A stretch of 64,000 nucleotides of DNA from the NCBI GenBank assembly GCA_963805945.1, contig CAWDVP010000001.1, positions 64,001-128,000 of the forward strand, given 5' to 3'. Below the pieces are notes generated by a model. The model did not search any database, was not told the origin of the DNA, and worked only from the letters and a program-made list of their open reading frames with translations. Shown in pieces: positions 49,003 through 58,174 of this stretch. Made by a program: the position numbers and the translations under genes. The first letter of the stretch is position 1. Each line of letters opens with the position of its first letter. Source of the DNA: Vulcanimicrobiota bacterium. Lineage in GTDB: Bacteria; Vulcanimicrobiota; Vulcanimicrobiia; Eremiobacterales; Eremiobacteraceae.

Positions 49003-50401
49003 TTACTTCAGCGGCGCGGGCGTCGCCAAGTAGTCGTCCGGACATGCGCCGATCACGTACTTGTGCGACGGATCGGTCGTCACGCCCACGCACACCCGGA
49101 AGCCCTCGATGTTCACCGCGCGCAGGATGACGTAGAGCGTGCCGTCCTCTTTGCGGTATTTCGTGCCGTGCTCCAGGATGTAGTTGGTCTCTTTGGTCTG
49201 CGTGCGTTCATCGTGCACCAGCATCGCGGTCAGCTCCGCCACCGCGTGATAGAAGGCGTCGTTGTCGGTGCGATAGTGGAAGCCGATGACCGGTCCCTGA
49301 TCCAGCCCCAGATTGATCTGCTGGTTGAGCTTGTCGATGCGCGAGTTGCTCGTCGGCTTCGGGCTCGGCTTCGGGGTGGGCGATGGGGTCGGCGTCGGCT
49401 TGGGCGTCGGCTCGGGCGTCGGCGGCGCCGTGCGCAGCACGATCGGAAGCGGGATGCCGTGCGAGCCGCCGGGCGGACCTGCATTCGGGCCCGTGCCGGG
49501 CTGCTGCCCCGGTGGGCCTGTGTGACCAGCGACGGGGCCCGGCTGACCGGTCGGACGCGCGCTCGCGGACGCGTTTGTCTGCGCGGCCGCCGCTTGCGTC
49601 GGCGCTGATGTCGCCGCTGAGGTGGGCGCTGCCGTCGGAGCGGCAGTCGCTTTGGCCGGCGCCGAGGTCGGGGCCTCGGTCGGTCGCGCAGTAGGTTCGC
49701 TCGTCGGCGCTGTCGTCGGTTTCGCGGTGGGCGCGGCGGTCGGCGCGATCGTCGGCGCGAGCGTGGGCTTCGCGGTCGGCGGCACGGTGGGCACGATCGT
49801 CGGCGGCACCGTCGGCTGCGGCGTCGGTTTCGGTGTCGGCGGCAGCGTCGGCTGCGGCGTCGGCTTTCGGGGTCTGCGTCGGTTGCGGGGTCGGCTTGGG
49901 CGTCGGCGGCAGCGTCGGCTGCGGCGTCACGACGGCCACCTTTGTGGGCGACGGCTGCGGTGACGGCGAGACGCTTGCGCTCGGCTGCGGCGAGGGCGAG
50001 GGGTTCGGTTTCGGCTTCGGTCGCGGCGTCGGCTGGGGCGTCGCACCGTGCTTCGCGGCGAGCTCGACGGGGATCGGGCGGGTGACGGCGACGTGGCGGG
50101 GGACAGGTCGCGGCGTCGGCTGCGGCTTGCGCGGCTGCGGCTTGGGCTGCGGGGTCGGCTGGGGCGCGCGGATGAGGGTCTGCACGATGACCGACTGGCT
50201 GCTCTGCGATCGTTGGGAGGGCGGGCCCGACTCGAGATACATCGTCACCAGGATCAGGAACAGCAGGGCGAAGATGATGTGGATGAAAATCGACGAGCCG
50301 AAACCCAGCGGAAGGTCACGGCGACCCTCTCTGCGGACACGCTCGACCGCGGACGATACTCGGCTCGATGGCGGCAACATGCGGTCCCCCGAAGACGACA
50401 T
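49003..50401 (-). CDS. TonB/TolA-like membrane-anchored Pro/Thr-rich protein (frameshift near 49865)
   Basis: TM anchor with SxxxH (SIFIH); long PT/PK/PQ repeats; globular C-terminus with 2 Cys. Confidence 0.7.
49690..50170 (-). repeat. Low-complexity coding repeats (PTxxPT..., PTLPPTPKPTPQ twice)
   Basis: Recurrent GTCGGC units with 12-nt periodicity. Confidence 0.75.
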
Positions 50402-50457
50402 GCCGTATGCGGTGGTGAAACCTGCCTAGAACCCGGAGGGCTGGTTTCCCTCTTCCG

Positions 50458-50920
50458 TTACGGCTTGAGGTACGTCTTGCCCGTGCTGTCGACGAGCTCT
50501 CCAGCGGTCGTCCAGACCTCACTGCCTCGCAGGTCTCCGTCCTGCACCATCACCCTGACCTGGACATCTTCGCGCCCCGCATACTGGAAGGTCGTCACTG
50601 CCTCCGACAACACCGCGCGTGCCGTTGGGGATCACAAGCGCGTGCGACCCGATCACGCCGAGCGCGGCCTGGCTCTTCGAGTACACCTGCGGATTGCGCG
50701 CCGCCTCGATGGTGAAGCGGAGGTACGTCTGCAGCCAATAATCGCTATAGAAAGCCCACGCGAACTTCTCTTCACCGACCGAGCCATCGAGCCGCACTGC
50801 ATCGCCTGCGGCCGGCAGGCGGGGATACGGGCCCGCGCTCGCAGCCGCAGCGTGCTGCGCGCTCACCGCGATCGCCGCGAATATCGCGACCATAAGACAG
50901 ACGGTTCGTGCTGTTCTCAC
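50458..50920 (-). CDS. Secreted hypothetical protein (frameshift near 50615)
   Basis: Signal peptide; reading continues in a second frame to ...DSTGKTYLKP*. Confidence 0.6.
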
Positions 50921-51515
50921 CGGCCGCTATTCCCCGGCAGGTACGTCGGGGCGGGGCTCGCCGCCTCCGGTGTCGGCGGCGCGGTCGGCACATCCGGCGG
51001 AGTGGTCGGAGTCGCTGCGGGCGGCGCGGGTGCCGGCGATGGAACATGCACCTCCATGCCGCATATCGTCGTCAACGCTTGTCGCGCTTCCGGCAGCGAA
51101 GGCTGGGTGTTGAGCTTCGCATAGATCGCGAACCACGCGTAGCCGTTGAGGACAGTGGTCATGTGCTGATAGATGATCCGCTGGCCGTCCTTATTGGTGC
51201 TCGCATACGAGATGTAATGCGCCGGATGGCCGCACGTCGTCGTATATTGATCCGCGCCGAGCATGAAGGCGGGCAGCGCTGCGCGCAGCTGCTTGATGGT
51301 CTGCGTGTCGAAGGCCGAAGCGGTGAGCTGCGTCCGTTCGCGGCCCACCACGATGTTCTGCCGGAAGCCGACATCGCCCGAGTGCACCCATACCCCCAAG
51401 AGACCTGCGGGACGGCGTACCCCGTCCAACCCTCGGGGGGAGTGAACGGCAGCTGATCGGCGTACGCCGGTGCAAGCGCGAAAGCGCAGAACACGAGCGC
51501 AAAGAGGCGGGGCAT
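50917..51515 (-). CDS. Secreted protein, PsbP/DcrB-like (frameshift near 51400)
   Basis: Signal peptide; FTPPEGW, QNIVV, CGHPAH; Pro-rich tail. Confidence 0.6.
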
Positions 51516-51576
51516 CAGAGCGTGAATCACATCCGAACGCATGCTTGATATATCGGTTTTTCCGGGGTCGAACGTT

Positions 51577-53661
51577 ATGGCGCGGGCGGCCCGCGCCGCG
51601 GCGCTTTGCGTCGCCCTTTGGCTGGCCTGCGGTGGAGCGGCACAGGCCGCCCAGCCGCGGCCGGACGTATCGCTGGCATTGCGCGACGGGCGCTTCTTGC
51701 ACCTGGTACCATTGCCGTTCGGCACCCTCGCCGCGGCGGTCGTCGGGCCCGCGCTCTTCGACAAGACCGGCACCCGCGTCGCGCTGCTGGCTGAATTCCC
51801 CGGAGCCGGGATCCGCGGCGACTGGCGATCGGCGGATCCGGTGCAGGCGTTCTTCCTCGACGCGGCGCGCCTCACGCTGACCCAGCTCACCACCGACGGA
51901 CGCGCGACCGCCGTGCGCTGGAACGGCGACGCGACGCTCGCCCTGAGCGAGGAGCATCAGGCAGGCACTGCGGTGCCCGTCGCGCCAGCCGCGCGCGGCG
52001 CGGGACCACCCGGCCGCATGCTCGCCGGCGATGGGGTGCCCAGCGGCAGCAGCCGCGTGTCGCAAGAATCGAGCGATCGTCTTGCGGTCTACAAGACGCC
52101 CGATGGCCGTTACGCGGTCGTCCAGATCGGCGCGAAGCGCTTTCACATCGCCGGCACTGCGCACGGCGGTTCGTATGCAATCATCGGCGCGTATCTCGCG
52201 TGGATCGACGGCCGGCGCCACATCGACCGGCAGATCGCGCGCACGGGACCGGACAACGCCGAGCCGCTCTCGTTCGCGGGCTCGCCTTACGGCGATGCGC
52301 TCGCGCCGATCGTGCCGATCGGCAGCCCCGTCTATCAGAGCGCGTATCGCAACGGCGTCGTCTACCTCACCTTCTCGCACGGCGTCGAGCGCATCGTCGC
52401 CGCGAGCGACGACTTGGTCAACTATTGGTTCCCCGCGCTGCCGCACGCTCCGGTCTTCACGGTCGGCGATGGTTTCGGAGCCAGCCCTGACGGCGCGTTC
52501 TACTTCATCAGACCCGAGGAAGAGACGATGCTGTTCACGCGCGCGGGCACGTACGTGCGCACGACGATGACCGGGCTCGACGCCGGTCGCGACGAGGGCG
52601 CGATGGTCGCGGCGATGCGGCGCCTTGCCGGTATCGCGAAAGGCGCCGCGATGAGGCCGTCGGCCGACGCGCTCGACGCCGCGATGTTCCAATGGCGCTT
52701 CTATCCTGTCGGTGACGCGAGCGGCGAGCGTTGGATCGGGTCGCGTTTCGGTCGCGTGCTCATCGGCGATCCGCACGGGCGCTTCGCACCCGGCCGCCAA
52801 CCAGCGTTTCCCTTCGTCGTGTTGGGCCGCAGCGACGATGGCCGTATCTGGGGCGCCACGCCGACGGCGCGATCGCTGCAGCGCGATGACATCGCCGCCG
52901 CGAGCAGCTCCGTCTGGTCGACCCGGGACGGATCGACGTGGCGCTTCGAGGTGTCGCTTGCGGGCGACGTCGGCGCGATCGGCACGCACGGCACCGAGGT
53001 CTGGGCGGCGCTGACCCGCCCGTGGCTGCGGCTGCCGATGATCTGGCTGTCGCGCATCGATGTTGCCGCACCGCAGCTGTGGCCGACCGGCGGCACCTAC
53101 GCAGGCGAGCAGTTGGCGTTCGCCGGCCTGTCCAACGGTTTCTACCTCTTATGGGGCGCGACGCCCGGCCGGCGGCTTGGCGGAGACGGCGGACCCTTGT
53201 GCGGCTATCGCATCGACGCGGCTGCGCTCGCCGCCCGTGACGCCGCCGGCGACGACGTCTTCATCGCCCAGCGCTTGAAGCCCGACGACGACCCTTCGCT
53301 GCCCAGACCCGGGGAGCTGTCAAGCGGCGCGGCGGCGCTGCTCGAACCCACTCTTGCGGTGGCCCGCTCACTGCCGAGCGGCGGCCGGCTCACGCTGGCC
53401 TCGAATGTCGCGTTCGACGGCAGCGTTCCCGACGGCGTGATCGCCATGGGGCTCGAGCAAGAGCGCGCCTTCGAATTGAAATATGCCGGCAGACCATATC
53501 CTTTGGCGATCGTCGCCGCCGACATCCATGACGATCGCGCGACCGTGACTCGGTCCTTCCAATACGGACCGCTGCACGCATCTGGTGAGGTCGAACGTTG
53601 GAACAGAGATGCCGGCGGCGCATGGCATCTCGTCAGCAGCGAATCGCGGTATTCGTTCTAG
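51577..53661 (+). CDS. Large secreted hypothetical protein (beta-propeller-like)
   Basis: Signal peptide; Asp-box-like STRDGSTW; repeated PDG turns. Confidence 0.7.
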   Translation: MARAARAAALCVALWLACGGAAQAAQPRPDVSLALRDGRFLHLVPLPFGTLAAAVVGPALFDKTGTRVALLAEFPGAGIRGDWRSADPVQAFFLDAARLTLTQLTTDGRATAVRWNGDATLALSEEHQAGTAVPVAPAARGAGPPGRMLAGDGVPSGSSRVSQESSDRLAVYKTPDGRYAVVQIGAKRFHIAGTAHGGSYAIIGAYLAWIDGRRHIDRQIARTGPDNAEPLSFAGSPYGDALAPIVPIGSPVYQSAYRNGVVYLTFSHGVERIVAASDDLVNYWFPALPHAPVFTVGDGFGASPDGAFYFIRPEEETMLFTRAGTYVRTTMTGLDAGRDEGAMVAAMRRLAGIAKGAAMRPSADALDAAMFQWRFYPVGDASGERWIGSRFGRVLIGDPHGRFAPGRQPAFPFVVLGRSDDGRIWGATPTARSLQRDDIAAASSSVWSTRDGSTWRFEVSLAGDVGAIGTHGTEVWAALTRPWLRLPMIWLSRIDVAAPQLWPTGGTYAGEQLAFAGLSNGFYLLWGATPGRRLGGDGGPLCGYRIDAAALAARDAAGDDVFIAQRLKPDDDPSLPRPGELSSGAAALLEPTLAVARSLPSGGRLTLASNVAFDGSVPDGVIAMGLEQERAFELKYAGRPYPLAIVAADIHDDRATVTRSFQYGPLHASGEVERWNRDAGGAWHLVSSESRYSF

Positions 53662-53662
53662 A

Positions 53663-54148
53663 TCAGTAGCCCGATGACGACGTCGGAGGCGCTTGACCCG
53701 GCAGCGGCGCGGTTTGGATCGGCGACGGCGCGGGTTGGCTTGTCGCGGGCGAACCGCCGCTCGCCGGCGCACCCTCGTCCGTCACGGTGACGGTGCCCGT
53801 CATGTACGGATGGTAGCTGCACGTATACGCGTAGACGCCCGGCTTGGTGAAGGTGAACGAGTAGACCATGCCTGGCCCGAGATTGCCGGATGCGAAGGCA
53901 CCTTTGTTGGCGACGACCGTGTGCGCCACGCCGTTGACCTCGTCGTTGCGCCACGTGATGGTCGTGCCCGGCTTGACCGTGAGCGCTGCCGGGTAGAACA
54001 GATAGTTGCGCATTGAGACGACGATCGGCGAGCCGCTCGGTGCCGGCGTCGCCGGCGTGGCGGCCGATGCCGCGTCGAAGCCCGCGGCGAAGACGGCGCA
54101 CAGCGCGACCGCGAGCAGCAAGTGAGCGGGAAGACGTGCGATCATCAT
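53663..54148 (-). CDS. Type-1 copper cupredoxin (amicyanin/plastocyanin-like)
   Basis: AGGAG RBS, signal peptide; HTV...CSYHPYM ligand set. Confidence 0.9.
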   Translation of the reverse strand: MMIARLPAHLLLAVALCAVFAAGFDAASAATPATPAPSGSPIVVSMRNYLFYPAALTVKPGTTITWRNDEVNGVAHTVVANKGAFASGNLGPGMVYSFTFTKPGVYAYTCSYHPYMTGTVTVTDEGAPASGGSPATSQPAPSPIQTAPLPGQAPPTSSSGY

Positions 54149-54159
54149 GTTCTCCTGGA

Positions 54160-54187
54160 CCGGGCCGAACTGAAGTTCGGCCCCTAC
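54160..54187 (-). repeat. REP-like palindrome, subfamily B
   Basis: CC-GGGCCGAAC-TGAA-GTTCGGCCC-CTAC. Confidence 0.9.
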
Positions 54188-54198
54188 GGGCGTTGCGT

Positions 54199-55410
54199 TC
54201 AGCGATTCGAGTCGTCGGTGCCTGGACCCCGCCAGGCAAGCGGAGCGAGCAGGCCGATGCCCACGGCGCACACCGCAGCCGCGCCGCCGAACGCGACCGC
54301 CGGGCCGAACATCTGCCACAGCAGCCCCACCCCGGCGCTCGAGACGAAGTCGCCGACGCCGTTGACCGCAGCCAGAGCGCCGAAGCCGGTGCCGCGTCGG
54401 TCCGCTGGGAGCAGCCGCGTCGCGAACGTGGCTTCCATCGGTTCGACGATCGCGATTGCCGCGGCGGCCAATACGAAGGCGACGATCACCACCGGAATCG
54501 AGGCCGACGCAAGCGCGATCAGCACGCCGACGACGCAATAGAGCGCAAAGGCCGCGAGCAGCAGCCTGCCGCTGCCGATCTTCTCGCTGAGCACGCTCGC
54601 CGGGTACGAGAGCGAGGCGTTCACGATGTTATGGACGAGGTACAGCGCGGTGCCGTACGCGATCGCATGCTGCATACCGACGTACGGTTCAAATGCCCGG
54701 ATCGCGACGAGCACGAGCATCGTCGCCGAGAAGTTGCCGAGCCCGAACACGCCGGCGCCGAGCAGGTAGCGCTTGAAGGACGCCGGCAGATTGGCGAGCG
54801 CGAGGCGCAGCCGTTCGCGCGGCGGCACGCTCCGCGGCCGCTCGCGGACGAAGACGTACATCGCGCCGGCGAGCAGGCCGGGGATGAACCCGAAGAGGAT
54901 CGCCTGGCGGATGGGGACGTGCGCCGCGATGAGCGCGATGGCGGCCGCCGGCCCGATCACCGCGCCGACGGTGTCGAGCGCGCGCTGGAACCCGAACGCG
55001 CGGTTGACGTACGCGGGATCGGTATCGTCGACCAGCAGCGTGTCGCGGATGGGGCTGCGGAAACCGCGGCAGATCCACGCCAACGAACGCAGCGCGAGCA
55101 CCGCGGAGATCGACATGGCGAACGCGAGCGCCGGCATGAAGATGCCGACACCGACGTAGCCTGCCGCGGTCCAGGCACGACGGTGCTTGCTGTAGTCCGC
55201 GAGTTGGCCGGACCACAGCTTGAACGCCGCGGCAAGAGCATCTGCAAGGCCCTCGATCAGCCCGAGCGCCGCAGATCCGCCGCCCAGCGAGGTGATGAGT
55301 CCGGGCAGCAGCGGGATGATGAGCTCGTAGCATGCGTCGGAAAAAAGACTCGCCAGGCCAATCGCCAAGACGCTTGTCGTCAGCCAGGTCCGCGCGGGCA
55401 CGGTCTTCAC
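54199..55410 (-). CDS. MFS transporter
   Basis: 12 TMs; GLIEG, G.LAD, GFRSP.RD, AFGFQRALD. Confidence 0.9.
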   Translation of the reverse strand: MKTVPARTWLTTSVLAIGLASLFSDACYELIIPLLPGLITSLGGGSAALGLIEGLADALAAAFKLWSGQLADYSKHRRAWTAAGYVGVGIFMPALAFAMSISAVLALRSLAWICRGFRSPIRDTLLVDDTDPAYVNRAFGFQRALDTVGAVIGPAAAIALIAAHVPIRQAILFGFIPGLLAGAMYVFVRERPRSVPPRERLRLALANLPASFKRYLLGAGVFGLGNFSATMLVLVAIRAFEPYVGMQHAIAYGTALYLVHNIVNASLSYPASVLSEKIGSGRLLLAAFALYCVVGVLIALASASIPVVIVAFVLAAAAIAIVEPMEATFATRLLPADRRGTGFGALAAVNGVGDFVSSAGVGLLWQMFGPAVAFGGAAAVCAVGIGLLAPLAWRGPGTDDSNR

Positions 55411-55479
55411 CGGCTGCGCCTATGGCGCGCGGCCGGCGTTCTCCTTGCGACGTGAGGCGGTACCGCGATCGTCATAAGT

Positions 55480-55521
55480 CCGGGCCGAACTGAAGTTCGG
55501 CCCCTACAGCTCGGGCACTAC
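55480..55521 (-). repeat. Subfamily B REP plus half of a subfamily C REP
   Basis: 55480-55507 is identical to 54160-54187. GCTCGGGCACTAC (55509-55521) abuts the downstream ATG. Confidence 0.88.
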
Positions 55522-57102
55522 ATGCTTGTGGGAGCGCTGCTATCGCTGCTCGGGTGTCACAAGGCCGGTGAGCTCCCCGCCAGCCCGTCGGCGCAGACGA
55601 TCGTCTTCAACGCATCGGAAGATCCACACTCGCTCAATCCGATCCTCGCGCGCAGCGACGACGAACGTCAGTTGGCGCACTTGAGCTTCGACATGCTGCT
55701 CGACACCGACGAGCGGGGCCGCCCGGTGCCGGCACTGGCGACGCAGGTCCCGACCGTCGACAACGGCGGCATCAGCGCAGATGGGCTGACGATCACCTAT
55801 CATCTGCGCCATGGCGTCGCGTGGCACGATGGCGTGGGATTCAGCTCTCGCGATGTCCGCTTCACGTGGCGCGCGATCGTCGCCGCGGGCGGCGGCGCCG
55901 CGAGCACCTACGGATACGACGCGATCCGCACGATCGAGACCCCCGATCCGTTCACCGCAGTCGTGCGGCTGAAACGGCGCTGGGCGCCCGCCGTGCAGAC
56001 GCTCTTCACCTATGGCGCGCATCCGATGCCGCTGCTGCCGGCGCATCTGCTCGAGGGCGCGGACATCGAAGCGTACCGGCGTTTTGACACCCATCCTGTC
56101 GGCACGGGACCATTCGCGCTGCAGTCATGGGAGCGCGCTTCCCGGCTCGTCTACCGCGCCAACCCGGCATATTATCGCGGGGCGCCGCGCGCGAAAGAGA
56201 TCGTCGTTCAGATCGTGCCGGATTTCAACACCGACCTCACGCTGCTGCGCTCCGGTGAGCTCGATTGGTCGCTGCTCTCACCGGCGCAGCGGCTGTCGCT
56301 CGGCGGCGCGCCGGGCGTGCGCATCGTCTACGCCCCGTTCGCCGGATTCGGCGCGCTCGTCCTCAACACGCGCCGCGCCCCCTTCGACGACACGCGCATG
56401 CGACGGGCGATCGCGAGCAGCATCGACCGCGCGCGCCTGAGCCAGGCGATCACGCAGGGCCAGTACGCCGTCACGGACAGCGACCAGCCGCCCTTCTCGT
56501 GGGCGTACGATCCGGGCGCGCGCCTGCCGCCCTACGACGCGGCCGCGGCGGACCGGGCCCTTGACGATCTCGGTTGGACGCGCGGGCCGGACGGAATGCG
56601 GCGCAAGCAGGGACGGCCATTGGCGATCATCCTGGCGGTGTTCCCCGAAGGCGATACGGCGGTACGCACGGCCGAGTACGTCGAGCGCATGCTCGCCCAG
56701 CGCGGCGTGGCGGTGACGATCAAGAAGGTGACGCTCGCCCACTTCTATCTGCCCAAGTCGGCGGGCGGGCTGCTCATGAGCGGCGCCTACGACCTCGCCT
56801 ACATGGCGTACCGGTCAGGCGAAGACCCGGATGATGCCGACCTTGTGACCTGCGCGGGCGCGTCCAATTATGCCGGCTATTGCAATGCTGAGGTCGACGC
56901 CCTCGAGACGGCGGCGCTGGCGACGGCGCGTGCGCCGGAGCGCGCCGCGCTCTACGCGCGCGTCCAGAGGGCGCTGGCCCGCGACGTGCCATACGTGTTT
57001 CTGTACGCGCCGACATACGGGTACGCGGTTGCCGGCGCGATGCGCGGGTTCGCGCCGACGCCGTTCTCGCCGACCGCGAACGCTTGGCGCTGGGAGAAGT
57101 AG
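55522..57102 (+). CDS. Peptide/nickel ABC transporter substrate-binding lipoprotein (family 5)
   Basis: Lipobox LLGC; LNP, ISADGLTITYHLR, WHDG, PVGTGPF. Confidence 0.9.
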   Translation: MLVGALLSLLGCHKAGELPASPSAQTIVFNASEDPHSLNPILARSDDERQLAHLSFDMLLDTDERGRPVPALATQVPTVDNGGISADGLTITYHLRHGVAWHDGVGFSSRDVRFTWRAIVAAGGGAASTYGYDAIRTIETPDPFTAVVRLKRRWAPAVQTLFTYGAHPMPLLPAHLLEGADIEAYRRFDTHPVGTGPFALQSWERASRLVYRANPAYYRGAPRAKEIVVQIVPDFNTDLTLLRSGELDWSLLSPAQRLSLGGAPGVRIVYAPFAGFGALVLNTRRAPFDDTRMRRAIASSIDRARLSQAITQGQYAVTDSDQPPFSWAYDPGARLPPYDAAAADRALDDLGWTRGPDGMRRKQGRPLAIILAVFPEGDTAVRTAEYVERMLAQRGVAVTIKKVTLAHFYLPKSAGGLLMSGAYDLAYMAYRSGEDPDDADLVTCAGASNYAGYCNAEVDALETAALATARAPERAALYARVQRALARDVPYVFLYAPTYGYAVAGAMRGFAPTPFSPTANAWRWEK

Positions 57103-57121
57103 TGCCCGAGCGCAGCTCGGG
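57099..57121 (+). repeat. REP-like palindrome, subfamily C, overlapping stop codon
   Basis: GTAGTG-CCCGAGC-GCA-GCTCGGG; its TAG is the SBP stop. Confidence 0.8.
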
Positions 57122-57133
57122 TCCGACGCTGCG

Positions 57134-57406
57134 CTAGACCGCGCGCCACGCCTCCGCCGGCTCGTCGAACGCGAGCAGCCCCGCTTCGGTGAGCGCATCG
57201 AGCAGCTGTCGCGTGCGCTTGCGGTCGTGTTTGTTGGGCATGCCCTGCCAGAGCATGGCGATCTGCGCCACGCTGATGGGAGCCGCCCCGGCGAGCACGT
57301 TGGTGAGGATGAATTCGCGCGTGAAACCGAGTGTGTCGATCAGGGCGATGATCTCATCGCCGCGACCGGTCGCGCCGAGGCGCTCGATGAATTCTTGTTC
57401 GGTCAT
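57134..57406 (-). CDS. Hypothetical protein (winged-helix-like C-terminus)
   Basis: 90-aa ORF ending LLDALTEAGLL..D....W. Confidence 0.65.
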   Translation of the reverse strand: MTEQEFIERLGATGRGDEIIALIDTLGFTREFILTNVLAGAAPISVAQIAMLWQGMPNKHDRKRTRQLLDALTEAGLLAFDEPAEAWRAV

Positions 57407-57443
57407 CCGAGCGCCCCGCCGCCTTTGCCGCTGCTGCGGCTGC

Positions 57444-57893
57444 TTACATGGAAGTCCCCATCGTGAGATTCGCGCACGCCTTGTACACGTTGATCTCCGC
57501 GAGCGACTTGTGCGTGTTGATCGACGTGCCGGCCACGACGACCTGGCTGTACGGCTTGTCGATGATCGTCGTGGAATGTCCAGCGACGATATCCGTCAGC
57601 GGGATCTTGACGCCGCCCGGATGCGCGCAGTCACCGACATGGATGTGCGTGGGCTGATGCGCACCGGCTGGTTCGCCGGTGAGGTCGATGACGACTTTCG
57701 TCGTGGCGCCCTGCGCGGTGATGGTGACGGTGCCGCTCTGGCCCGACTGGCCCGTCGGATTCAACTTGAAGACCTGGCTCTGCGTCGGCTTGCCACCGGT
57801 ATCACCGGCAGGCGGCGCGTTGACGGCGAGCGCGATGCCCACGGTCGCCACGGTCATAGCGACGAACGCAAGCCCGTATGAGAACTTATGCAT
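57444..57893 (-). CDS. Secreted CHRD/Cu-Zn SOD-like protein
   Basis: AGGAG RBS, signal peptide; QPTHIHVGDC, INTH, ACA. Confidence 0.7.
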   Translation of the reverse strand: MHKFSYGLAFVAMTVATVGIALAVNAPPAGDTGGKPTQSQVFKLNPTGQSGQSGTVTITAQGATTKVVIDLTGEPAGAHQPTHIHVGDCAHPGGVKIPLTDIVAGHSTTIIDKPYSQVVVAGTSINTHKSLAEINVYKACANLTMGTSM

Positions 57894-58072
57894 GAAAAAA
57901 TCTCCTCTTCGAATGGCGAGATGTCCGGCGGGGGTTCGCGGACCACCGCCGGGCCGCCTGGTTGAAGCATGTCCCAAAAAAAGGGCCTGCAACAAAAAGG
58001 CCGCTTGGCTGGTATAGCTCATCAAGAGAACGTACGCAGACGGCCGGAGAGTTCCGGCGGAGGAGAGCAAAC

Positions 58073-58174
58073 ATGACGACGGTGCTTCAGACCATCGGCC
58101 TCGACTACCCCACGATCCTCACCCCGCCGTCCGAGCTCGGCGGCTTCCCGGGCTGGGGCGTCCGCATCGGCTAG
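58073..58174 (+). CDS. Putative 33-aa small protein
   Basis: GGAGGAG RBS 7 nt upstream of ATG; GC3-rich codons; MTTVLQTIGLDYPTILTPPSELGGFPGWGVRIG. Confidence 0.6.
   Translation: MTTVLQTIGLDYPTILTPPSELGGFPGWGVRIG

Noticed and set aside
49690..50170. GTCGGC-rich tandem repeats as a non-coding array
   Set aside because: Fully explained by Pro/Thr codons of the minus-strand protein.
50917..52989. Long antisense or alternate-frame ORFs (also 6512-7825, 15700-16980, 38296-39663, 54013-55455)
   Set aside because: These are Arg/Ala-rich shadow ORFs expected at high GC, opposite well-supported genes. Only the last ~160 codons of 50917-52989 are real.
54160..55507. Palindromes as integron attC sites
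   Set aside because: They are too short, lack RYYYAAC/GTTRRRY core sites, occur in mixed orientations, and no integrase is present.
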